Positions 26,275 to 40,439 of a stretch of DNA of 64,000 nt are shown here, one piece after another. The first letter of the stretch is position 1; each line of letters starts with the position of its first letter. Origin of the DNA: Octopus sinensis (Eukaryota); NCBI RefSeq assembly GCF_006345805.1, contig NC_043003.1, positions 47,554,001 through 47,618,000 of the forward strand. Direction: 5' to 3'. The position numbers were made by a program, and so were the translations under genes. A model generated the notes under the pieces. The model saw only the letters and a list, made by a program, of their open reading frames with translations, was not told the DNA's origin and searched no databases.

Positions 26275-29200
26275 GTAAGACCCGTTCTAAACAACTTCAT
26301 TCCATCACCATAACTAACACCTTTGTATGAAAAAAAAAATAATAATAATAATAACCTATCATCTGTAGGTTGTACCAAACCTTATTGTTTGGATTGGCTT
26401 ACCATCTTGTTGATCTGACAGTGACCACTTGACATCTTTAACAAATGAATTGCCCCATGTGGAATATAAGTCCAGTCTACAGACTTGGATTGTTTAAAAC
26501 TTTCCTCTTCTCAAAATATCTAGTAGCCATTTTTTCAAACAGCTAAAGGTGGAGGTTTTATTGAAATAATCAGGCTACACAAGTTATTTACATTAACAAA
26601 AATGGTAATAATAATATGAATAATGATAATATTACATACCCATGTTTTTTTTTTTTTTGTTTCTTAAAATTTAATTTAATACTGTTTTATTCAGAGATGT
26701 CTTTTCCTTCTTTTTCTCTGTCTTTCTCCCTTTCCCTTGTACTTTTCATTCCAAACGTGGATTGCTATGATGTTGAAGGATTTTTGGTGATGTTCATTAT
26801 TGTTAAATATCTGTCCAGGGTGAGTTGTTTGCCTGAGCTTATTGAATTTAACATGGAATAGACTGTTGCACATCAACTCATAATTGACATGAGGACATGT
26901 CTATCTAATGGCAGTGCTGGCTGAGTTTTGATACACAAGTCTGAAGCTGAAATACTGAAGTAGCTTTCCGATCTTTTGAGGACCTGAACTTGATATTGTA
27001 ACCAAACAAAATCCTAGTTGATGTTGTTGCTTTGTCCAGCTTAACCATATTCAATCAGACTTATGGTCAAAATCTTTCTATCCCTGACCAGCCAATCTTT
27101 TTGAATACAATGAATCTATGACTATATTATGGAATGTGTTCTTCTTAAGATAGAGTATAATTTGAGGGCAGTTTGGTTGAAAGTTGTAGTAGGTTGGTCA
27201 AGCAAACACAGTGGCCCCCTTCTTGCAGCCACACTTACACATAATATTTTTATCCAAGTGGACTGGAGTTAAAGAATCATAAACTCCTAGCTGATTTCAT
27301 CTTTGTGGCAGTCACCTATAATACTTCTGGTAGTGTCTTTTTCCAAGGGAGAATTTGAGGAGTTAATCTCAGCACTAATTTTTAATGAGGCATTTGTTAG
27401 TTTAACAGTGCATTGCTAGTGTGAACTGCGTCTTCCATCACTATGCCTGTCTACTGTTTCAAGGACTGATCTAATGAAAGTCAGAAATCTTTAGTAGCAT
27501 TTCAATATAGTTAATAACTAAACATAAACTAAAAACCTCTTCACTGTCTATGATTCTCTACATTCTTGTTGTTGTTTAACCCTCAGATCAGCCCTGATCC
27601 AGCAGACCTATCATCAAAGGGCATCTTTTTTTTATATATAGATTTTGTGCATTTAGGACTACATTGTTTAATATGTCCTGTTTTTTTAAGATGGTAAGGT
27701 ATGATTTAAATGAGACATTGTTGCTATTTCTAGCGTGTTTAGTAACTCTCTTATTGGCTAGTGACTCTTTGTGTACATAATATATATAAACATCTAAATA
27801 AAGATGTTTGGACTGTACACAAGACCTATTTTGTACAGGAGGGGGTGAAGTGATTCTAGTTCAAATCAGCCTTATAAAAAACTAATGTTGATCCCTTCCT
27901 GGCAAGTTTGTTATTCAGCAACAAGAAGAGGTATCAAACTTGATACCATAAATCATCTGTTATGGCTCTTTATTGCTTGTGCCAATCTCACCAGCTCTAT
28001 TTCCTTCATGTCCTTGATATGGCCATGACATCATGGTATATTTTATGGGTTGGTTCAATATCCAATTAACTCTGTCACTAAAGGGCACTTTTTCTTAAAC
28101 ATTTGAACTGAAGATCACAAACTAATGGCTGAATTCATCAATTTTACATTTTGCTCAGAGAAAGGAACTTTGGCCATTCTGTAGTACCTTCTTGCAACTG
28201 GATAGTCTGAAGACTATTAAGATCTTCTGTGTTTTTGATTGTCACACCGCGTTTAGAGCAGTCCTATTTTTCCAAAGTCCTCAGGTGCCATTTACCTATA
28301 GAACTCTATAACTAGCTATCTTTTGATCCCCACTCTCTCACATTAGTGTTAATGACTCATGTGATCAGCATTGGGTTGTGTCCAAGCCAAAGATTCATAG
28401 CTCAAGACAAAGATTTGTAGTGATGTCAAATTCCTTCCATGAGCAAAGCTACCTACACTAAACCAAAATCTTATCTAAGGGGAAACTTAAGTACTCATCT
28501 TAATTTCTGTGGAATCTAGAGTTGGAACTGAGCCTCTGTTGTATCCTTGTGGATTTGAAAGAATTAGTATTGACTGGATGAGTCTAAAATACATGTGTAT
28601 CTTTTTATATATGTTTTTTGGTAATCTAATTATTGCTAATTAAATTAAGTAGTTTTTCTTCTTAATATTTTGTTTACTTTGAAATTTTTACTTTGAAATT
28701 TGATGGATCTTTGTGATTTAGGAAAGTGTGGTAACTTGGTAACTGCTTCTGTCTGTTACACTCATATGAGATAAATAAATAAGCATTGATTTTTTGGGGT
28801 TGGTTGATTGATTGATTGATTTTCAAATATCTGCTGTTTTATTTGATATCATTTATACGACATTTCAGCTTTGAATTTATTTATTTATCTATTTATTTCA
28901 TAAACATTTTTCAATAATTACTTGCCTCATGGTAGTGCCGTATCGATCATTTAACCCATTTCAGACCATATTTGAAGAGAAATATACTGTATAGATAATC
29001 CAATTAATTTTGAAACTAATCATGAATTTGAAGAGAATTCGTAGAATAACATTATCATTATTAAACCGATCATGAATGTTTATATTTAATTATGAATACT
29101 TAAGTCAGGACCTAATGTATCAAACCTAGAGATAGTCTCAGGCAGGTTAGTATCAATACACTTACACTTGTATTCACAATTGCTTGGTTAATATTTTCAG

Positions 29201-30791
29201 TAATATACATCATTATAGAATATTTTTATTAGTATATCTCATAATATAATCAACTGAAATGAGTTATATGTTACAATAGACAGCTACTAATGAAAAGGTG
29301 ATACTGCACTTTAGCTCCTTATAAGTGTTTTAAATTAACCAGTTTAATGGAATTATTATAGTTTGAGCACAGAATCTTGGGCCATATCTTTTGTCAGATA
29401 TATTACAACAAAGATTTTTGATAATGTAGGTAATAAAACTACAGAAAAAGGGAGTTCTTTTTGAGTTGTGTGGGAAAATAAATAAGAAAAATGTGTGCTT
29501 GCTGTTTTTGTTGTTAAGTCTCAAACTATTTGTGTGGTATTTTATTTATATTACCACACGTTTAAAAACAAAGAATTTGACTGATATTCAAAAACAAGTA
29601 AATGAAACTTAAACAAGACTGTTAGAACCCTGTTAATAACTAGACTTTGAAATTATTTCTGGTTGATTTTAGATGTTTCTCACTTGCAATCACTTCATAT
29701 TCTGATTTGAGAATACAAACATCTGTTGTTGTTTTTTTTTGTTTTTTGTTTTTTGTTTTTTTTCTTCCCCCTCATGAAGCATGAACTGCTTTTAAAAGAT
29801 ATTATTATCTGGGAAGTGACCCACGTGAGTCCAAAGAATCAGTCTTCAGTCATGAAATTACACTGATGATAATAATAGTAAAACAAATTAAATGAGTAAA
29901 AAAAAAAAAAACAGAAGCCAAAAATGGTTTGTTTCATCCAATTTTAAAAGGTTTAAAAATGTCTTTTATTGTTTCATTTTGTCTTCCATTCTTTTTGTTC
30001 ACTTTTATCATCTCGTGTTGCCTGCGTGTGTAACTAAAATTTTATCACTTTTGAAATTACCAATTACATACCATATTTACTGGAATAAAATTACCACTTT
30101 AATATCAGCCTGCTGATAGAAAATATTGTAGTATTTTATACTTATCAATATGTAACCAAGTATTTTATCATATATTCAAAACAGGACTTCACTAATGATT
30201 TGAACCTGTTCCTCAACAAAGGCTTACAATTTATTTAAAAGCACAAAACCTCATTAATAGCTTGTTTTTAATCACCTTTAAAAGTGCTAAAAAATTTACG
30301 TTGTTTTACTTTTGCCATGTATATATCAGAGAGAGGGGGGAGAAAATGTGTGTGAGAGAGAAGTGGGGGAGAAAGTGTGTGAGTCTGTTTGAATAAGAGA
30401 CAGAAAGACAGACAGACCAAGAGAGAGAGAGAGAAAAAAAAGGGAAAGCATCTAGTATACTGGTAGAATAAACTCATCGCTATTTACGACCTTGAACGTA
30501 AATATTGTTTCTTCAGCATGAGTGTGTGTGTGTGTGTAGATAGATAGATACACAGACACACACATATGCATATAAATTTATACACACATATGGAAGATTC
30601 TTCCTTGGTGTTGACAATGAACTCTCAGGTATTCAGTGAACTGGGTTCCTGTTCACAAAAGTGCAAGAAGCTCAGTGTTCTACAGGTATGTGTATTTTTA
30701 TTAACTCAGTCCTCAAACCTATCCACAATATGTGGCAGGTTATACTTAACAATTTTACAACTACAACCCAGAAAGACAAGGAAAAAGAAAC

Positions 30792-30822
<31 letters not shown>

Positions 30823-33800
30823 AAGGAATAGACTTTGGCACTGGACTCTTTATGTATCATCCTAGATGATTTGAACCTAGAGTGTAGAGAGCTGGAATGA
30901 ATACTGCAAGATATTCTATTTGAAACTCTAACAATTTTGTCAGTCTGCCTTTCTATATTATATTATCAATTATAATAATACTCCTGTGTTTTTCTCCATC
31001 ACAACATATGGATGAGAAAGGAAGGGGTGATCACAAACTGGTGGGATTGTGAACATTCAATGCTGAAAAGAAAAATCAAACAGTGTTTCAACTCTGTGTG
31101 AGTATATGTGTGTATATGTGTGCGTGTACAAGGGAAGTATGTGAATGTATGTGAACATTGACAAGTGTATTAATCTGATTTACCGTCCATATTTACATAT
31201 AAAATACTACAATTAGCCATCATTTTTGATGGTACAGGACCAGCTAGTATCATAATAATTTATAATAGTTCATAATTTGCATGGGAACTAAAATATATCA
31301 AACACGATTCTGCAGTAAACAAGTTGAAAATAATTTATTGAAATGTTCAACTCTTGTGCAACTTATGGTCCACCCTGTGTGTGTATACATACATATATAA
31401 CCATATTCAACTACATCCAGATTTTTTAGTTGTTATGTGTTGTTTATATAGAAGAAGGATGTAAAATGATGATGACTGTCAGATGTCAAAAATAATTAGG
31501 AAGCCAGATAAAAAAAATAAAGCTAGAAATATACTCCCTCACTACTCATATAAACATATGCCCATACATACACACACACACACACACACACAACATACCA
31601 TACACATACATAGATATGTGTTTGTATGTGTAATCAACAAGTTGAGCTTAGAAATTTTCTTTTATGAAATTTACTTTCAATTATTTCATTTTACCTTTTT
31701 TTGTATTCTCTTCTCAACATCATCTTTTTTTCTATCCAGGATCATTTTTGTTTTAGTTTCCTTATCAGTTAGAAATGTTTACCTTTTTACTTCTTTCTTT
31801 CTCTCTTTTCCTCTTTCTTTTTCATCTTCATTCTTCTGTCTTTTTTTTTTGTTCATTTTCCTTTTTCCTTTTTTTGCCATCACTATTCTTCTTGCTGCTA
31901 CTTTCGTTTTTTTCTCGTTCTTTCCCTCTTTATTTTTTCTTCTTTTATTTTACTACTACTACTACTACCACCACCAACAACAACAACACCAACACCACCT
32001 ATCAGAGAATGAAAAAAAATTTTTTTAATTCTTTTGACTGTGCCTGTTTAAAAAACCTAGTTTGAATTCAGTAACCTTTTTCCAGTTCCTGGTTAAAGCC
32101 GTTTCTCTTCATTTAAATAACCTGATATCTTTCGGACAAGCATCAACATCACACCATCACATTCCACTTTCTGTATATCTGAATTTTTGTACCCATCTAA
32201 GAAGTATTCACCATCATCATCATCAATAACAACCATAAAACTGTGGATAACTGACAAAATGTGTTTTGGTACTATTTAATTAAATCCTTTTCTGTTCTCA
32301 CTGACCATGGTCCACTTCTCTATTTCAATGAAATATCAACTTGTTGGTTCCAGTTATACCTGTGAAGGCATACGGCTTAGTGGTTAGGGTGTTCAGTTCA
32401 CAATTGTAAATTCGATTTCTGACAGCACATTATGGTCCTTCAGCAAGACACTTTATTTCTTATTGTTTGCATTCACTCAGCTGGAAAAAATTAGTAATAC
32501 CTGTATTTCAAGGGGCCAGCCTTGTTACATCCTGAGTTGGGTTGAATCTCCCTGAGAACTATGGTAAGGGTACACATGTCTGTGGAGTGCTCAGCCATTT
32601 GCACATTAATTTCACAAGCAGGTTGTTCCATTAATTGGATCAACTGGAACCCTTGTCATCACAACCGATGGAGTATCAGTTAATTAGATAATTACCCTTC
32701 CCCAACAAAATTTATGGCCTTCTGCCTAAAGCAGAAATTATTATTATGGATTAAAATATGGTAGCAGACTGGCAAAATCATTAGCATGCTGGGCAAAATG
32801 TTTAGCAGCATTTCGTCCATATTTACATCTGAGTTCAAATTCCACCAGGGTTGACTTTGCCTTTTATTCTTTCAGGGTCGATAAAATAAGTACCAGTTGT
32901 GCACTGAACTTCTGCCAAAATTTGCAAACATTATTAGAAAATGTTCCAGCTTTAACCATACCAATTTTTTCAGGCATGTTGCATCTAGGATTATACTACC
33001 ATATATATCCTTCCATTTCTAAGATAGTATAATATACTGTGAGTGAGATTGGCTGCTATTACTAGTTTGGAAATGCAGCACAAAGTAACTTAATTCTGAT
33101 GCTAATGAAGACAATTTTTCACAAACACTTATTGACTAACAATCAAAAGTAGCTTCATTTGGTTAGATCTTGGGTCTTTAACTGAGTCTTAAAGGATAAC
33201 CAATTAAACCATTTATCTTTATGAGACGGGATTGATCAATTTGATCTTTGTATTGCAATCATCCAGAGATGTGTTTAGATATAATTGTAGACTCTGTTTT
33301 ACTAAACTATACAAGGGCTATAATGTTAGGCGCGCTATTTCAGAATACAAAGTTGCTGTCATGGATACAAATACCATTTAAAACTTTTGTGATCAGAGTG
33401 ATTCAGTTGTTTTTGATTTGAGCTTATGAGTATGAAACGAAAATCGTTAATCAATCACATTAGACTCGTTAGAGATATAGGAAAAGTCAGGAGGTTTGGG
33501 GAGGAGTGAAAAAAAGTTCAAGGTATCTGACAAAAGTGCTTTAACAGAATAGTAGATAACATAACAGCCAATAGAAATGAAAAAGAAATGAACAGGCTAA
33601 AAGATGGGAGACAGGAATTAGATGAAGAAGTGACCACTGCAAATGAAAGAGAAGTAGTTGGTGAGAAATGTGATAGGAAAAAGGGGGCTAGTAGTGTGGT
33701 GTGAGTTAGCCAATCATTTCTGAGCTGGAGCTTTGGCCACACATTCCCGCATTGCCCTCAACTCCTTTATTGTAATGATTGTTATTGTCAGTATTAAGGA

Positions 33801-36800
33801 ATGGCAGAGTTATACAATTGATTGAATGCCTTGTGGGTATTCAGTCACACCCTTTTCAATGTGAATTCAAATCCCACTTGAGTTGATTTCTGATATTTCA
33901 TATTTGTTTCTTTTCAAATTACAGTAATCCCTTGACTATCGTGGGTGTTATGTTCCAGAACCCTCCACGATAGGTGAAAATCTGCGAAGTAGAAACAGTA
34001 CTGTTCTGTATATTCTTTTTATTATTTTTATAATTTGTATATATTTATTTTATTATATAAATGCAAAGCAACACCACAGAGGAATCGACATAAGCTTAAA
34101 TAATAAACCATGATAGATGAACCACGATATAGCAAGAGGTTACTGTCTTTCTTCTTCTGTGTAGATGGGTTGTACATTTCTGTTAATATTGACACCTCCA
34201 TGTCATCATCATCATCATCATTTAGCATCCATTGTCCATGCTAGTATGGGTTGGACAGTTTGACCAGAGCTGGCAAGTTGGAAGGCTGCACCAGACTCCA
34301 GTCTGATTTGGCATGGTTTCTATGGCTGGATGCCCTTTTTAATGCCAACCACTCCGAGAGTGTAATTCTTTAGAAGATAAACAAATAAGATGAAAGGTAA
34401 ATGCTTTTTTTATTTTCCAGTAAGGTGAACTAAGGCAGAGCTATGAATGTGTGTTTGTTGATGTACTCTGCTTGAGCACACCATTGGCAGTTCCCTGATT
34501 ATAGAATGATTTGGGGGATGGGGTATAATTTAGACGGAGCTGCACTTGACCATGACTGAATTAGTATGTTGTTGGCCATTTTGCTGAAAGAATGGTAGTT
34601 TCTATCCTTTTGTCCATGCAACAGTATGTCCTTAGCATAGATGCATGTCTTTCAGTGATTCAGCCCATCCAACTGATGATAATAGACAACATGAGATAGG
34701 GCAGTTTACTGCTACAGCCTGTGAGTTCATGCTTTGGTTGGAAGTATATATGTATTCAGTATATATACTGGGAAATCCATGGGTTATATGAAAAGTTTAG
34801 AGGAAGAAGTTGCCTTTAGATTGAAAGACTAGCCAACATTTTTATGCGGGATATAGCAACCAAATTTTTATCATACACCAAGCCATCATAAAATAAAAAA
34901 TACAAGATGGTAATAGCTTGGATGTTTTTGATATAACTCGCTAAAAATGCAACATTTCAACTAAAACAAAATAATTTTCTTTTTATTGATAATGTATTTG
35001 TATTTATAAGTTTCAATATTTTCTGTAATAGCAGAGCAGTGGTTCAATCAAGCAAGCAAAACTAGACATCAGTGATATTAAATTTTTTGGTGGACGGTTA
35101 TGTTAGATGTAGGGAATGATGGTAGTATTAAGCAATTCACATCAAAAATCTGTGCCATGAGACACCATCTGGAAACCATTGGTTTCATGTGCTCCCATTG
35201 TTCTTTGGTGATAGTGATGATGATGATGATACTAACTGCTGTTCCAGAAGACAGTAGCTGTGACCAAAATCACTACCATGACAACAAAAGCAAACACTCA
35301 TTAAAATATTGGGAGATTTTGTTGTTTGTTTTTTTCTTTTCCTTTTTCTGTTACTACAATCCTTTCTACTATAGGCACAAGGCCTGAAATTGCGGGGAAG
35401 GGAACTAGTCGATTACATCGACTCCAGTGCTCAACTGGTAACTTATTTTATTAACCCTGGAAGGATGATAGACAAAGTCGACCTCTACGGAATTTGAACT
35501 CAGAACGTATAGCTGGAAGAAATGCCGCTAAACATTTTGTCCCGCGTGCTATCGCCTGACAAAATGCTTTGTTACTACAATAATTGTTATCTGGATTTAG
35601 AATCATTTTGTCTGCGAGACTCAACATTACCGTGCTGCATTAATCTCCTACTAAGTTATCTCCCTTTACATTTTGTATCCTACGGGAACAATGAAATCAG
35701 TACCAAAGTACTGGGCTTTATATAAACAACCAAAACCCTTGAAGATGGTGCTCCAGCATAGCCAGAGTTTAATAACTGAAACTTGCAAAAGAAGAATCTC
35801 GAAGATTCGATCAGCCTGAATAAAATTTATCAACGTCTTGCTCTCGTGTTCTCATTAATCTTATAATTTTTAATTAGCGTTTTTGTTAGCTATGTGTCAT
35901 TTATTAGCAACATGAACTTTTTTTTCGACACCAGCCCCTCCCACTCTGTTCTCCTGTCTTTTCCTTTACTACCCCCCCTCTCTCTCTCTCTCTCTATTTC
36001 TGGATCAAAGGTAAGAACTGACAATTAGATTTGGTCAAGAGAATCAAGTTTCTTTGTTCTGAGACTTGATTGCCTGTACAATGTTGACTTAGGAAGTAGT
36101 GATGTTAATGATGATAATGGTAGTGGTGGTAGGAGGAGATGGAAGAAGTAACAGTTGTGGGAGTGATGCTGGTTCACTGTAGTATAGTTGTAGTGGTGGT
36201 GTTTCTAGTAGTGCCACTGATCACAGATCAGCTTGACCAGGACAGACTCAGGGTTAAACAACAACCACTCCAGCCATGACAATCCCATCTCATTTTCATA
36301 TGCAGTATGTCTTGGACTACATTACATTAATCCATTGTGCCCTTTCTACATTTACTGTGTCTAATCAGAGGGAGACTTGGCTGCTGTTTCTAGCTAGTGC
36401 AGCAACCACTTAAAGGCCCATAAGTGATGGTGCTATTAATTGTAGTGGGGAGGAGAATAAGTGTAGTGATAGTGCATTGGCAGCAGTTGTGGTAGTAGTT
36501 GGAGGAGGAAGAGGAGACTGACAGTTGTAGTAGTGTGGTAAGCAAGGCGGCGGCGGTGGTGGTGGTGGTGGTGGTTATAAGAAATTACAGTTATGGTAGC
36601 AGTGATAGTGGTGTTTGTATCCGCACTCTCCTGACGTTGTTGTTGTTATTGTTGTTGGTAATGATGATGATGGTGATTATAAGGATGATTAAAATGATGG
36701 TAAAGTATGTGTGTGTGGAAGTATAAACATGGGTATGGATATGGCAGGCAGTTGAGGTGTTCGTGATGGTGTGATGAAAACAGTAGCTATGGTGGTGTAA

Positions 36801-39800
36801 AGTGGACGTTTGTTTGATGGTGGTGGAACAGAGAGTGTGGGTGTGGGTGATATTGCGTTCTTTGACCAAACAGACAAATGGAAAGATAGATTGGATAGAT
36901 GTTTGACAAATTTGTTTTCTATTGTCAGGAGAGTTTGCTCAGAGAAGGGGGACAATCAGTGAACTCCCCCACCCATCTCTGCTACTACCACCACTGTCCA
37001 CACCACAATTGCTCTTTTGTTCATGTCCATTCAACCAAAATCTTCCTTAATTAATTCCATCTAAACCAATCACCTAGACAGATTTTCTCTTACAAGAAGT
37101 GTTGTTAGTGGTGATGGTGTTGTTAGGGGTGGCAGTGTTAGTCGTAGTGGTGGTGGTGGTGGTGGTAGTGGTGATTTTGGCAGAGTTGTTTTTGTTTGTG
37201 GAAGTGTCGGGTAGTGGTGGTGGAAAGATTATTTTGTTAACTCAGGTCAACCATAATCAAGCAGAACTGTGATCAAACATTCCAGCCATGCCCATCCTAC
37301 CTTTTTTCTGGAAGAGTGCATCAAGAATAGCATTCTTCCCCATTTTGTTTTTTAAAGACATTAGGGTGATATATGAAGAAAAATTTAGTTATTTCTAACA
37401 AATTCAGTGGCCATGCTTCCCCCACCTTTATTGGTAGAACAGTAGATGTGTCAGTTAGTAATTGTAGTTATGATGTTTATGTTGGCACTTATGAAGTAGG
37501 CCTATGGTTAAAAGCATTCCAGCTGTGATTACCCATCCCTTTTTTAGCAACAGTGTACCCTAAACATCATTATCTAAATCAGTGGTTCTCAACCATTCTT
37601 TCCCTATGGACCCCTTTGATTTCTCTTTTCCTGGAATGGACCTTCATACCCACACAATATTTAAAAATATCCTATAACATTTCATAACTAAATATTATTA
37701 GGAATTATGTAAATAAATTGTAAAAATATTTTGTGTATTGTAGAAGTATAGCTAATTTATTACTCTTTTACTTGTTTTAGTCATTTGACTGTGGCCATGC
37801 TGGAGCACTGCCTTTAGTTGAGCAAATTGACCCCAGAATTTCTTGCTCATAAATTTTAACAACTAAATCTTATATTGACCCCTCAAGGGTCATGTGAATC
37901 CCAGTTGAGAATTACTGATCTAAATTGTCCTTTTTTTAAGCTGAGGGAGATTTGGTTGCCATTTCTAACAGATCTAGTAACTCTGTAGTGGCTCTTTTGT
38001 TGGCTCATTGATTGATTTGTTATTCTTTGAGGTGCTGTTACTTTTGGTTGTAGTTCAACTCTTTGGCATTCAGATTATTCTGTAGAATGTAATGCTTATT
38101 TATTTGATTTGTTTCAAATTAATCATGCATTATCTTGTGGCTTTAAAATTTCAATGCTGTGATAATTATTTTTTAGAAAGGCATCGTAGAATAGGTGTAA
38201 GAGGCTGGATCTGGTTAGTTTGAATAGCAAATAGGTAGACTATTTGGTTCAGGTATGACCTGTTCAAATGCTAAAGGGTTAACCCCTGTCAGGTTTGACT
38301 GAGCATGCCAGTCAGATCTGACCTGGGGCGAGTGTGATTTGAGGGAATTTCAGTGTTATTTCTTGCAAGTTGAACTACCACATTGAGGCTCCATTGTCCT
38401 CTCATTTTTATTATTGTTAGTAAAGTGGTGGCAATCTTTGCAGCAGTTGTGCTGTAGTGGTGGTAGTAGTAGTATTAATAGTAGTGATAGGGTGCTGCTA
38501 GTGGTGGTTTGGGCCGTAGTGGTGTTGACAGTGATGGTGGTTGTAATGTTGGTAATAGAGGTACTGTGGTGGTAGTAGCAATGTTAGTTGTAGTGGTGGT
38601 GTTTCTAGTAGTAGTGACGATGATGCTGTTAGTGTAAATGGTGCTTGGAAAGTGATATTCATATACTGGATCATGTTGATGGCTTTGTCTTAATGAGGTG
38701 GCAGTGTTGTTGCTGATGTTGTGCTGATGATGATGATGATGGAGCTGCTTTTCTGGTGGTGCTTTCGATAGAAACAATGTAGGAGATTGTAAATCAACCC
38801 TGGTTATTAAATTGGCCTATGTCCCAAAGCACTCTAACCATGGCCTCCATCTTGTCTTTTACCTTCATTATCTGCTGCATCCTTTAATTATCAAGGAAAG
38901 TAGGCTGTGATGTGTGAGATATTTAGCTGCTATTTCTGGCACATTGGGCAGCCATGTAGAGACCTTTTCATTGGCTCATGATAATGGTGGTTTCATTGAA
39001 TTGGAAATAACCTCCTTTACTTATCAAAGAAGGTATGCTGTGATTTGAGAGAGATTTAGCTGCTATTTCTAGCACCTTGGGCAGCCATTTAGAAACTTTC
39101 TCTCTGGCTTATGGCAATGGTGGTTTTGTAGAGTTGGAAGTAAGAACTTCATTTACTTATCAAAGAAAATATGCTGTGATTTTGAAGAGGTTTAGCTGCT
39201 ATTTCTAGCACCTTGGGCAGCCATGTAGAGACTTCCTCATTGGCTTGATTTCATAGAACTGGAAATAATAACCTTCTTGACTTATCAAAGAAGGTATACT
39301 GTGATTTGAGAGAGATTTAGCTGCTATTTCTTGTACATTGAGCAGCCATCATTTCCTCATTGGCTCATAGCAATGGTAGTTTCATAGAGTTGAAAGTGAG
39401 AACATTTGAATTGATCTCTGCCATCACAAGCTAGTCACACTTTTTGTATCTCCAGTATTATACAGAAGCCCATTGTATACTGTGTTGGCCCTTTCATTGT
39501 GTCGACCAGCTACTCCAGTAATGGAATATTGTATCGGTCAGCTCACTCAATAATTACGCATTGTGAGAGTCTGATCCTTCTATAATTATTCATTGTGTGG
39601 GTCATTTAACCTATAATTGTCCAATCTTTTGAAACTTTTTCCTATTTCTCTCTTTCTTCTTTTCACACACACACACACTGACTTACATGGCCTCCTATAT
39701 GTTTATGCTTGTTAATAAGCACAGCAATGTTAGTGTGCACATGACCATATGTATATGTATGTATTTTATTTCTCTAAGAATTTGTAGGTAAAGAAAATTA

Positions 39801-40387
39801 TCTCATACATAGGTGTATAAATATGTTCGTATAGATGCAAAAGCATATACACACATCAACATAAATGTATATATCTTTACATTCATGTGCAAGGACATTC
39901 ATTTCACATACTGTTTTGCACATCCATACTACCTGCTCTTTCTCTCCTTTTGTCTATCTCTCCTCTTTCTTTCTCATTTACATAACACATGTATGTATAA
40001 ATTCATTGTTGTAATTCTTATAGGTTTGTTTTGCCATCTGTTGAGAACTTTCTAAACCAGATAGATATACAGAGTTTGATGCTGGGGGCGAGAATTATGG
40101 AGAGGGCAAGGTGTAGGCCTGAGATGGAGCATTATTGTAACCAGCTGAAATATTATTCATATATTCACACAAACTATACATATATAGTAGTATGTGTGTG
40201 TATGTGTATTTACATTTAATTCAGACTCTATAGATATATATTCATAGAAATATGCACAGGCACAACTCCTAAGTACGACTGTGAATGCAAGCATGCTTAT
40301 ACATGCAAATGTATCATCCACACACTCACACACATTGATATTATATTCATATAATCATGCACACATACATACATGCATATATCTATA

Positions 40388-40439
<52 letters not shown>

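Noticed and set aside
25871-26278. 135-aa ORF running into the RUFY exon
   Set aside because: Its 5' part crosses poly-T and the polypyrimidine tract of the 26188 acceptor; only the last 29 codons match RUFY.
28761-28769. 9-nt microexon candidate (gaaagtgtg)
   Set aside because: Weak pyrimidine tract and donor; such matches are expected by chance in 16 kb.
29782-29826. 45-nt exon candidate ending ccac|GTGAGT
   Set aside because: TAA in the required phase-2 frame; only the shorter 26-nt version is kept, as a side note.
38475-38777. Thr/His-rich mucin-like ORF and similar ORFs at 36499-36955
   Set aside because: GTA/GGT/GAT low-complexity DNA, with no splice or domain support.
38888-39405. 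CRISPR-like repeat array
   Set aside because: The units are homologous along their whole length with no unique spacers, the context is eukaryotic, and they derive from repeat family D.
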